DNA of 51,953 bases from Actinomycetota bacterium. Its GTDB lineage: Bacteria; Actinomycetota; Coriobacteriia; Anaerosomatales; UBA3086. Positions 1 through 10,976 of the stretch are shown here, in pieces (position 1 is the first letter of the stretch; each line of letters begins with the position of its first letter). Position numbers and translations under genes: made by a program. The stretch lies in the NCBI GenBank assembly GCA_027859125.1, contig JAQIBK010000264.1:1-51953 (forward strand). Direction: 5' to 3'. The notes under the pieces are model-generated. The model searched no databases. It worked only from the letters and a program-made list of their open reading frames with translations, and was not told the origin of the DNA.

Positions 1-217
1 TCGGAATCGTCGCGCCTGCGGCACGATACACGAAGTATGTGTATGTGGGTGTGCCGGCAACGGTGGCGATCGGCTCCCAGTTGACGATCACTTGGGTTCC
101 ACGGGCCGCCAGGACGTACACGAAGCCCGGTGAAGATGACTGCGCAAGCGCTGCTGTGGGACTGATCATCGTCATCATCAAGGCGAATAACAGAACAACA
201 GCCGAGACTCGTTTCAC
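1..217 (-). CDS. 5' end of a secreted-protein gene that runs off the window start; has an N-terminal signal peptide
   Basis: Reverse-strand translation from GTG at 217 gives (M)KRVSAVVLLFALMMTMISPTAALAQSSSPGFVYVLAARGTQVIVNWEPIATVAGTPTYTYFVYRAAGATIP. It has a basic n-region, a hydrophobic core and an ALA-Q-like cleavage site. It is absent from the ORF track because no stop lies in the window. An in-frame ATG at 274 is an alternative start. Confidence 0.4.
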   Translation of the reverse strand, partial: MKRVSAVVLLFALMMTMISPTAALAQSSSPGFVYVLAARGTQVIVNWEPIATVAGTPTYTYFVYRAAGATIP

Positions 218-453
218 ACCGAGAACCCGACACCCAACCCCGCAACACAAAAGACGTATAGAACGCCGCCGCATCCATCCCCCACTCTTTTCGGACCCTC
301 AGTCCGAGATTCGCTGACCCAAGCAGAAGTAAGCCTGTGCCTAAAGTAGTGCGAATTGGCACCGGGGGATGCCATGTGGGATGAGCCGCGGTCTTATGAG
401 GACAAAGGGCGCCTCACGAACCCGCAACGAATCATCCTGTCGAAAGATGAGTA

Positions 454-1389
454 TCAGGCTGTGACTGCGCATAGCTCCCGAGCCGCCAGGGCGATGTCAC
501 CCGCTGTCAAGCCAAAGTGCTCCAGCAACTCAGTCGGCTCGCCGGATGTACCAAAGACATCGCGCACGCCGATCCGACGCATCGGTACCGGCGTATTCTC
601 ACTCAGGACCTCGGCAACTGCCGATCCAAGACCGCCAATGATCGAATGCTCTTCGCAAGTGACCACAGCGCCAGTCTTGCGAGCCGAGGCGACTATCGTT
701 TCGGCATCAATAGGCTTGATCGTGGCCACATCGATGACCTCCGCCATGATGCCCTTGTCGGCCAATATGTCGGCGGCTTTGAGCGCCTGGCCGACCATGA
801 GTCCGCACGCGGCCAAAGTCACATCTCGACCCTCGCGCAGCACATGGGCGCGGCCCAGCTCGAACGTGGTGTCGGCCGGATAGACATCCTCGACACCAAC
901 GCGACCGAGGCGCACGTAGAAGGGGCCCGGAGTCATTGCGGCAGTGCGAAGCGCCGCTTTGGCGGAGTTGAAATCGGCAGGCACCAGGACACGCATGCCG
1001 GGCAGCCCGCGCATGAGTCCGATATCCTCGAGCATCTGGTGCGATCCGCCGTCGGGTCCTACGGTGACGCCGGAATGCGTGGGCGCCAGTTTGACGTCGA
1101 GATCGGAGTAGCAGACGGTGTTGCGGACCTGATCGTACGCGCGCCCCGTTGCGAACACCGCGAAAGACCCGGTGAACGCCACCTTGCCGGTGACAGCGAG
1201 ACCAGCGGCAACATCGATCATGTTCTGCTCTGCGATTCCCACATTGAAGAAGCGGTTGGGGAATACGCCTGCAAAGGTGCTCGTCGTCGTGGACTTGGAC
1301 AGGTCGGCCTCCACGGCCACCACGTCCACCCCCTCGCCTACCAGCTCCACGAGCGTTTCGCCGAATGCAGCCCTCGTTGCCTTACCCAT
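454..1389 (-). CDS. transketolase, C-terminal (pyrimidine-binding) subunit
   Basis: 311-aa ORF with the motifs FFNVGIAEQNMIDVAAGLA and GPDGGSHQMLEDIGLMRGLPGM. Its start overlaps the stop of the N-terminal subunit gene by 8 nt, which is typical of split transketolases. Confidence 0.9.
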   Translation of the reverse strand: MGKATRAAFGETLVELVGEGVDVVAVEADLSKSTTTSTFAGVFPNRFFNVGIAEQNMIDVAAGLAVTGKVAFTGSFAVFATGRAYDQVRNTVCYSDLDVKLAPTHSGVTVGPDGGSHQMLEDIGLMRGLPGMRVLVPADFNSAKAALRTAAMTPGPFYVRLGRVGVEDVYPADTTFELGRAHVLREGRDVTLAACGLMVGQALKAADILADKGIMAEVIDVATIKPIDAETIVASARKTGAVVTCEEHSIIGGLGSAVAEVLSENTPVPMRRIGVRDVFGTSGEPTELLEHFGLTAGDIALAARELCAVTA

Positions 1390-2242
1390 TGGCGGCCTCC
1401 TTTGCGATCACAGCGCGCAACTCGCTGGTAGCCTGTTCGGTCTCATCGGCACTTGGGGCCTTGCCATGCCAGCCAGCGTTGTCCTCCATGAAAGAGACGC
1501 CCTTGCCCTTCACGGTACCGGCGACCAGCACCGACGGCGCACCGGATGTCTCGGAGGCAACACGGGCGGCTTCGAAGGCATCCACGAGAGCATCGACGTC
1601 GTGCCCATCGACCTCGATCACCTGCCAACCGAATGCCGCGAACTTCTGCCCGATCCCACCCAGGCACATGACTTCGTGGCACGAACCGTCGATCTGAAGA
1701 CCGTTACTGTCAACGATCGCAGTGACCGAGGAGAGATTCTGATGTGCGGCGAACATGGCCGCCTCCCAGACCTGACCCTCCTGAAGCTCTCCGTCGCCCA
1801 TGAGGCAGAAGACGCGCTGAGAGCCGCCATCCATGCGTAGGCCCAGGGCTATGCCATTGGATATCGACAAGCCCTGACCGAGCGATCCGGTCGAGACCTC
1901 TACGCCGGGCATCTTCCTGGAGTCGGGATGGCCCTGCAACATTGAGCCGAGCTTTCGCAGCGTGGACAGATGCTCGCGGTCGAAGTAGCCGGCCTCTGCA
2001 AGTGCGGCATACAGAACGGGTGCCGCGTGACCCTTGCTCAGCACGAAGCGATCGCGCTCGGGCATATCGGGGCTGTCCGCGTCGTGGCGCATTACGCCGA
2101 AGTACAGTGTCGCCACGATGTCGGCCGCGGAAAGCGACCCCCCTGGGTGACCGGAACCAGCCTCTGCGATCATCTCGACGATGTCGAGACGCATTCCGGC
2201 TGCCGCGCGACGTATCACATCTGTCGTTGGCCCATCTGCCAT
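1382..2242 (-). CDS. transketolase, N-terminal (thiamine-diphosphate-binding) subunit
   Basis: 286 aa with the motifs GSGHPGGSLSAADIV, VLSKGHAAPVLYA, GSLGQGLS and MGDGELQEGQVWEA. Confidence 0.9.
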   Translation of the reverse strand: MADGPTTDVIRRAAAGMRLDIVEMIAEAGSGHPGGSLSAADIVATLYFGVMRHDADSPDMPERDRFVLSKGHAAPVLYAALAEAGYFDREHLSTLRKLGSMLQGHPDSRKMPGVEVSTGSLGQGLSISNGIALGLRMDGGSQRVFCLMGDGELQEGQVWEAAMFAAHQNLSSVTAIVDSNGLQIDGSCHEVMCLGGIGQKFAAFGWQVIEVDGHDVDALVDAFEAARVASETSGAPSVLVAGTVKGKGVSFMEDNAGWHGKAPSADETEQATSELRAVIAKEAANG

Positions 2243-2244
2243 GC

Positions 2245-3144
2245 CTAAACCCCTATCTCCTTGAAACCTTCGCCTATGGCCTCGTGCACCTCTGAGATGA
2301 TCATGAGAGCACCTGGGTCTATCGTTCTGACGATCTGCTTGAGGCTGTCCAGTTCCTTTCGTGAAATCACCGTGAAGATCATCTCACGTGACTCGCCGGA
2401 GTATACGCCACGGGCCGCGATCACAGTGGCTCCTCTGTTGAGTTCTGTGATGATGGCCAAACTGATCTCATCGGAATGAGCGGAGATGATGAATGCCGCC
2501 TTCTCAACTCGAAGGCCCTCGAGCACCAGGTCAATGACCGAACCGTTCACCACTATCGCCACAGCACCGTAGAGCGCCAGCTCAGGCCCGAACTTGACTG
2601 CCGCGGTGATCGTCACGAGAACATCGACCAGCAGTAGCAGCTGCCCCACGCCGAGCGACACCTTGGTGGAGAGCAGCTGGGCCACAATGTCCGTGCCACC
2701 GGTATTGCCTCCCGCTTTGAAGACCATTCCAAGACCCAGACCGGTGATCGCGCCGCCATACAAGGCGGCAAGCAGGTTGTCGCCTTGCGCGAGATGAGGA
2801 GTGAATGGTGCGAGAACATCGATAAGAACCGAGAGCAGCACGATGCCGTAGATCGTCTTTGCGGCATAGTGCCACCCGCGAGCCCTGATGGCCAGAGCGA
2901 ACAGTCCGATGTTCATGATGAGCATTGCCACACCGACTGGGAGGACGATGCCCATGTCGCGAGCGGTGTAGTAGGCGACTGTTGCGAGACCGGATACGCC
3001 ACCCGCAGCGATCCTGTTGGGAATCAGGAATGCATCGAGCCCCCACGCGGTGAACACGATTCCCACAGTGACGAGCAGATAGTCTCTGACAGGCCTGTGT
3101 TTCAGCACATGGCTGGGACGCAGCTTTCGCAGTGCGCTCACCAT
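2245..3144 (-). CDS. YitT-family membrane protein with a DUF2179-like C-terminal domain
   Basis: 299 aa and polytopic, with the motifs IPNRIAAGGVSGLA and GGNTGGTDIVAQLL plus a soluble C-terminal domain. Its ATG directly abuts the TAG of the upstream gene. Confidence 0.8.
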   Translation of the reverse strand: MVSALRKLRPSHVLKHRPVRDYLLVTVGIVFTAWGLDAFLIPNRIAAGGVSGLATVAYYTARDMGIVLPVGVAMLIMNIGLFALAIRARGWHYAAKTIYGIVLLSVLIDVLAPFTPHLAQGDNLLAALYGGAITGLGLGMVFKAGGNTGGTDIVAQLLSTKVSLGVGQLLLLVDVLVTITAAVKFGPELALYGAVAIVVNGSVIDLVLEGLRVEKAAFIISAHSDEISLAIITELNRGATVIAARGVYSGESREMIFTVISRKELDSLKQIVRTIDPGALMIISEVHEAIGEGFKEIGV

Positions 3145-3945
3145 CTACGAGTCACCCCCTTCAGAACCTTTGCGACGGAAATCCAGCGTGAATACCTCGC
3201 CGCCGAAGTCCAGGCGAGGACGAGGACGACGGGCCTCGAGATGCTCGAGCACTGCGCGTGCCGAGCGGTTCACCACGCGACCCTGCGTGAGACCGATACT
3301 CCTCGAAGCCTCGATGGCGGCTTCGAACCTGCCCACGTGCAGATGATAGTGAGCGTCAGAACCGATTGCTATCGGTGCGCCGACAGCAAGTGCCGCGGCA
3401 GCTATCTCGAGTTCACGATCCGACGATCCTGAGCGCGAACCATTGGGGTCGAATGAGTGGTTGTTGATCTCGATGATCACATTGTTGGCGGCCGCCGATG
3501 CGACGAATTCATCAATCCGTATGGGAAAGTCACCGTTCCCGGGATGAACGATCATATCCACGTACGGATTCTCCAGCACACGGAGAATGGCATCCGTGTT
3601 GCGGCAGATAACAGGCTCATAAAAACCGATAAGCGGATGAAAGCCGACCGAAACGAAGTCGAGCAGCTCGAGCAGCATGTCAGGCAGGTCGATCCCGTTC
3701 TCACTGTGAGGCGAAGGATTGGCTTCGACACCCTTGAGGATGCGCAGGCCGTTGTAGACCGACGGAACGACCTTCATGTTCCAGAAGTGCCACGGATGCG
3801 GCGCACCCGGCACAGACGGGCCGTGATCGATGACCGCGATGAGCTCGAGACCTTTGGCCACGGCGGCGTCAGCCAACTCGGTGACTGTGGAGTAGGCATG
3901 ACCGGATGCGATCGTATGAGTGTGGAGATCGGCCAGCAGACGCAC
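3145..3945 (-). CDS. PHP-domain metal-dependent phosphoesterase (YcdX-like)
   Basis: His/Asp pattern LADLHTHTIASGHAYS, AVIDHGPS, GFHP, IVHPGN, IGSDAHY. I place the start at GTG 3945, which has GGGAG 7 nt upstream and shares one base with the prfB TAG. The ORF-track start at 3993 would overlap prfB by 49 nt. Confidence 0.75.
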   Translation of the reverse strand: MRLLADLHTHTIASGHAYSTVTELADAAVAKGLELIAVIDHGPSVPGAPHPWHFWNMKVVPSVYNGLRILKGVEANPSPHSENGIDLPDMLLELLDFVSVGFHPLIGFYEPVICRNTDAILRVLENPYVDMIVHPGNGDFPIRIDEFVASAAANNVIIEINNHSFDPNGSRSGSSDRELEIAAAALAVGAPIAIGSDAHYHLHVGRFEAAIEASRSIGLTQGRVVNRSARAVLEHLEARRPRPRLDFGGEVFTLDFRRKGSEGGDS

Positions 3946-5075
3946 TATGCGCTCCCGCGAGCTACAGAAGCCTCCTGTTTGCCGACGCGCCAACGGTGAT
4001 AGCCAACGATGAACTCGTCGATCGCGCCGTCGAGAACCGCGTCCACATTGCCGGTTTCCACCCCGGTCCGATGGTCCTTGACCATCTGATATGGGTAGAG
4101 CACGTAACTGCGAATCTGGCTGCCGAAGGAGATGTCCTTCTTCTCGCCCTTGAGCACCTCGAGTTCTTTGAGGCGACGCTCCTCTTCGCGCTCGTAGAGT
4201 CGAGCCTTCAGGATCGTGAGCGCCGTCTCCTTGTTCTTGTGCTGGCTCTTCTCGTTCTGACAGGTGACCACGATGTTGCTGGGTATATGCGTGATCCTCA
4301 CTGCAGAGTCGGTGGTGTTGACGGACTGGCCACCCGGACCACTCGAACGATAGACGTCGATGCGGAGATCTTCTTCTCGAATCTCGATCTCCACGTCGTC
4401 CGGCAGCACAGGCAGAATCTCGATGCCTGCAAATGTGGTCTGACGGCGCTTCTTCTCATCGGTGGGGCTGATGCGCACAAGGCGATGCACGCCGGCCTCG
4501 GCCTGAAGCATTCCGTATGCGTTGTGGCCATGGACGGTGAACAGCGCCCGATCGATGCCGAGCTCGTTCCCGGGGGGCGCGTCGTGGATGTCCACTTTCC
4601 ATTTCTTGCGGTCTGCGTACTTGATCATGATCTTCATGAGCATCTCGGCCCAGTCCTGAGCCTCAAGCCCACCTTGCCCCGGTGTGATCGTCACGATTGC
4701 GTCCCCCGCGTCGAACTCGCCGGTGAACCACGAGGACAGCTCCAGGTCGTCAACTCGCGCAGCGATCGACTTCAGGTCACGTTGCACCTCGGCGCCCAGC
4801 TCCGCGTCTTCTTCCGCGACGGCGAGCTCGTTGGCGACCTCGACGTTGTCGAGCCCCTCAACGACGATTCCATATGAGTCGACCTCATCGCGCAGAGCTG
4901 AGACGTTCGCCATGATGCCCTGAGCGACCTGTTGGTCGTCCCAGAATCCGGGCTCTGCGGTCTTCGCCTCGAGTTCCGCGATCTGGGAGGTCTTTGCGTC
5001 GAGGCGCAGATACTCACCCATCCGTTCCACTCGGGTCCGAAGGTTGGCGATATCCTGTGTCCGATCGTCGATCAT
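3945..5075 (-). CDS. prfB: peptide chain release factor 2, one continuous ORF with no +1 frameshift site
   Basis: 376 aa. GGQ motif SSGPGGQSVNTTDSAVRITHIPS, RF2-type domain 2 GVHRLVRISPTDEKKRRQTTFAGIE, and N-terminus ...GEYLRLDAKTSQIAELE without an internal stop. AAAGGGGAG lies upstream of the ATG. Confidence 0.95.
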   Translation of the reverse strand: MIDDRTQDIANLRTRVERMGEYLRLDAKTSQIAELEAKTAEPGFWDDQQVAQGIMANVSALRDEVDSYGIVVEGLDNVEVANELAVAEEDAELGAEVQRDLKSIAARVDDLELSSWFTGEFDAGDAIVTITPGQGGLEAQDWAEMLMKIMIKYADRKKWKVDIHDAPPGNELGIDRALFTVHGHNAYGMLQAEAGVHRLVRISPTDEKKRRQTTFAGIEILPVLPDDVEIEIREEDLRIDVYRSSGPGGQSVNTTDSAVRITHIPSNIVVTCQNEKSQHKNKETALTILKARLYEREEERRLKELEVLKGEKKDISFGSQIRSYVLYPYQMVKDHRTGVETGNVDAVLDGAIDEFIVGYHRWRVGKQEASVARGSA

Positions 5076-5096
5076 GTACTCCCCTTTGTTACTCCG

Positions 5097-7853
<2,757 letters not shown>

Positions 7854-7947
7854 GAGATACCACGCCTCTTCGAGTGGGGTGGATACGGAGGTAAAACCCT
7901 CAGGATTTTAGCACACGGGAGGCAGATGCCCAGTCTATGAGACGCAC

Positions 7948-7976
7948 GTGGTCGGTGACTTGAAGCCACCGACCAC
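7948..7976. repeat. perfect 10-bp inverted repeat (hairpin) about 100 nt upstream of the secA start
   Basis: GTGGTCGGTG (7948-7957), a 9-nt loop, then CACCGACCAC (7967-7976). There is no adjacent T-run, so it is not a classical terminator. Confidence 0.6.
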
Positions 7977-8393
7977 GCATGGGGCCGAATGCACCTGCGG
8001 CCCGAGCGTCCGTTGATCACAGCTCCCGTCAGGTGCCCCTCAGGAGTCTCCCTCTCCTCACCTTTCGAGCTGCAACCGAGGTCGCCCGCAATGTCCCTGT
8101 CGGGAAGCCACACGAACCCTCGCCCATCCAGTAGAACCGGACACGCAGACCATATCCGTGCCATCCAAGTGGGTTCTTACCAGAATCCTCCCGCAGGCAA
8201 GAAGAGACAGACACTCTCGGGAGTTCAACCGCTTATCTCCTCCAAACGGTAACGCAATGTGAATCTGTCACACTTATGACCGTTCATACCGACCGCTTGT
8301 CGCGCCAAATCTACCAGTTGCTCCGTTTGTCGCCGATATATAACCATAGAGCAAGAGATAGCGCGACCGAACTTCCGGGGAGGAGGGCACGCG

Positions 8394-10976
8394 ATGCGAC
8401 CGAACAGCAAAATCCTGCAGAAGCGTGTTCGCGAGTCCCTCTGGGTCGGCGGCGTCGCACTGCTTCTCAGTCTGCTGGTCGGCACGGCACCCGCCATGGC
8501 GTCCACCGCAGGCTTTGAGAGCATCCAGGACTACACGCCCAGCGCCATTCAAACCGAGCTTGTCATCATCAACGGCTCTGTCACCAGCAACCAGGGTGCG
8601 CCCCTGGCCGACGCAACCGTACGCCTCTACCGTGCCTCAGACGATGGGACATGGCCGGTCGCCGCCACCCTCAAGAGTGACGCCTCTGGCGCGTTCCGCC
8701 AGACAGACCTCCCTGCCGGCGACTATCGAGTCTGGTTCGACGTTCCCGACTCGCTCTATGTGAGCGAGTACTTCCATGACGCCACCGATTTCGACCAGGC
8801 CTTCATAGTGGAAACCGTTCCCGGCGATGAGGTCTGGGGAGTCATCGGCACACTCACCAAGTACGCTTGGCTGAGCGGAACGGTCAAGAACTGGGACGGA
8901 TCGAGTGCGCTGTCAGGCATCACGGTTGAAGTCAACACGCTCAAGAGCTACGGATGGCATCGCGAGATCACCGCAACGACCGATGCACTGGGCTACTGGC
9001 GAGTGCGCCTCCCTGTGAATGACTACTACGTGGCCTACAGCGATCCGACCGACAAACACTACGACAGCTTCCACAAGAACGCAGATACCGCCGACGAAGC
9101 TCGAGCTGCAGTCCTCGTCGTCGAGGGTACGGATCTGGAAGCACGCATGGACACAGACGGCACGATCGAGGGCGTGGTGACCAACATCGCCGGAACACCG
9201 CTCGACCGAGTGCTCGTGGAGGCGTACCGACTGGTTGCCGACGAATACATGCTCGCAAGCGAAGTTCTCACTGGTGATTCGGGTCGATTCGCACTGAGCC
9301 TCCGCACCGACTCGTACGTCCTGCGTTTCTCCGATGAAGCCGGTCGCTACTTGGGCGAGTACTACAACGACGTCGTCGCACCCGAGCTCTCCACCGCGAT
9401 CGTCGCCACATTAGGTGGCAACGAGGTCGCGGTCGCTCTGGATTCCGCGTCGCATTTGTTGGGCTCGGCTCGCGATGCACGGACCGGCTCCCCCCTCAGT
9501 GGCGCATCGGTCACTCTCATGGCTGTAGGCAATGACGCTAAGCTGATCGAGACCGACATGCGCACTTCAGTCGCAAGCGACGGCACCTTCTCCTTTGAAG
9601 CTGTGCACTCAGGCAACTACACGATTCGCGTAGACGTTGCAGGGGCTCCTGGCGCCGCTTGGTTCCTTGGTGATACGCGCCAAGCCACCGCAGCGTCAGC
9701 TTTCGAAGTGTCGACAGACACCACCATCTCGGACCTGGACGTCTTGGGCGCATACGACGCAGATGCGCCTCTCACCACCAGTAATGCCATCAACCGTGTT
9801 CTCGTCGCCCCCACAACGCTCGCGCTCACCGCAAGCGACGCGACGGCAGTGGAAACGACCTACTACCGCATCGACAACGGAGCGTGGACGAGTGGCACGT
9901 CTCCCGAGCTCGAGACCATCGGCTCGCACGTGCTCGAGTTCTACTCGGTCGACACCCTTGGTACCGCCGAGGAGATCCGAACCGAGACCCTCAGGGTATT
10001 CGACAGCGCAGTGACCTACCTGTCGTTGGCCGGTTCCAGCCGATACGAGACAGCGCTCGAGATCTCGCGCAATGCATTTCCAGAGGGAGCAGACGCCGTC
10101 ATCATAGTGACCGGCGCCAACTGGCCCGACGGTCTGGGAGCCTCGGCTCTGGCCGGCGTGATGGATGCGCCAGTACTGCTCGTGCCGACCGACTACATCC
10201 CGGGCAGCGTGATCACCGAGCTCGGCCGTATCGCCCCACAGCGGACTATCATCGTCGGAGGAACCAAGGCGGTCAGCACAGAGGTTGAAGGCTACTTGAA
10301 CGAGATGCTGGGCGCCGCGAACGTGGACCGCATCGGTGGCACATCACGCTACGACACCGCGGCACTGGTCGCGCGCCGCATGATGCAGGTACTGAGCGAC
10401 CAGGGAATCGCGTGGGACGGCTCCTACTTCCTGAGCTCCGGCGCCAACTTCCCCGACGCACTCGCCGCGTCCCCGCTGGCAGCCAGCCAGCGCTGGCCGA
10501 TCCTGCTCACCGGAACCGATGCCTTGAGCGCCGAGACCTCCGCGTTCCTGACAGATCACGACATCGCCCAGGGCTTCGTTCTGGGAGGACTGAACGCAGT
10601 GTCTGACGCAGTGGTCTCACAGGCTCACGCGGTCAGCGGCTCCCCGCTCGAGCGCATTTCAGGCTCAACCCGCTACCAGACGGCCCTTGCACTAGCTGAG
10701 TTCAGCATGGACCGCGGTCTCCTAGATTACTCACGAATCGCCGTTGCCACAGGTCAGTCTTTCCCTGACGCGATGACCAGCGGTGTCCGTCAGGCCAAGA
10801 ATGGCTCGGTACTGGTGCTGACCCCAGGTACCAGCCTTGACCCGGGCGTGGTCGACCTCATCGCCCAAGAGGGCATGACTGAAGTGCGCGAGGTGACTTT
10901 CATTGGCGGAGCGTCCGCAATCTCCCAGGAGGTTCGCGAGACTCTGGCAATGCGCCTGGCGGCAATGGAGAACTAA
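8394..10976 (+). CDS. secreted cell-wall-anchored surface protein: repeated CarboxypepD_reg-like beta-sandwich domains, an OmpL47-like domain and three C-terminal CWB2 repeats
   Basis: 860 aa. Signal peptide WVGGVALLLSLLVGTAPAMAS. Repeats of the type SGTVKNWDGSSALSGITVEV and IEGVVTNIAGTPLDRVLVEAYR. OmpL47-like segment TTYYRIDNGAWTSGTSPELETIGSHVLEFYSVDTLG. Three CWB2 units (GSSRYETALEISRNAFPEGADAVIIVTGANWPDGLGASALAG..APVLLV and similar). A strong GGGGAGGAGGG Shine-Dalgarno (SD) sequence precedes the ATG. This is the only plus-strand gene in the window. Confidence 0.85.
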   Translation: MRPNSKILQKRVRESLWVGGVALLLSLLVGTAPAMASTAGFESIQDYTPSAIQTELVIINGSVTSNQGAPLADATVRLYRASDDGTWPVAATLKSDASGAFRQTDLPAGDYRVWFDVPDSLYVSEYFHDATDFDQAFIVETVPGDEVWGVIGTLTKYAWLSGTVKNWDGSSALSGITVEVNTLKSYGWHREITATTDALGYWRVRLPVNDYYVAYSDPTDKHYDSFHKNADTADEARAAVLVVEGTDLEARMDTDGTIEGVVTNIAGTPLDRVLVEAYRLVADEYMLASEVLTGDSGRFALSLRTDSYVLRFSDEAGRYLGEYYNDVVAPELSTAIVATLGGNEVAVALDSASHLLGSARDARTGSPLSGASVTLMAVGNDAKLIETDMRTSVASDGTFSFEAVHSGNYTIRVDVAGAPGAAWFLGDTRQATAASAFEVSTDTTISDLDVLGAYDADAPLTTSNAINRVLVAPTTLALTASDATAVETTYYRIDNGAWTSGTSPELETIGSHVLEFYSVDTLGTAEEIRTETLRVFDSAVTYLSLAGSSRYETALEISRNAFPEGADAVIIVTGANWPDGLGASALAGVMDAPVLLVPTDYIPGSVITELGRIAPQRTIIVGGTKAVSTEVEGYLNEMLGAANVDRIGGTSRYDTAALVARRMMQVLSDQGIAWDGSYFLSSGANFPDALAASPLAASQRWPILLTGTDALSAETSAFLTDHDIAQGFVLGGLNAVSDAVVSQAHAVSGSPLERISGSTRYQTALALAEFSMDRGLLDYSRIAVATGQSFPDAMTSGVRQAKNGSVLVLTPGTSLDPGVVDLIAQEGMTEVREVTFIGGASAISQEVRETLAMRLAAMEN

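Noticed and set aside
454-2242. Split transketolase as an anomaly.
   Set aside because: Two-subunit transketolases with overlapping genes are common in anaerobic Gram-positives and archaea. This is not unusual.
4950-5075. Programmed +1 frameshift site in prfB.
   Set aside because: The N-terminal region reads straight through (...VERMGEYLRLDAKTSQIAELE...) with no in-frame TGA and no CUU-UGA-C motif. The gene is a single ORF.
7854-8393. c-di-GMP (GEMM-I/II) or ydaO-type riboswitch ahead of the surface-protein gene, considered because of the adjacent HD-GYP genes.
   Set aside because: There is only a loose resemblance (GGACACGCAGACC versus GGGACGCAAAGCC). There is no GNRA/receptor arrangement and no CAGCUAACCUCGUAAGCG-type ydaO core on either strand.
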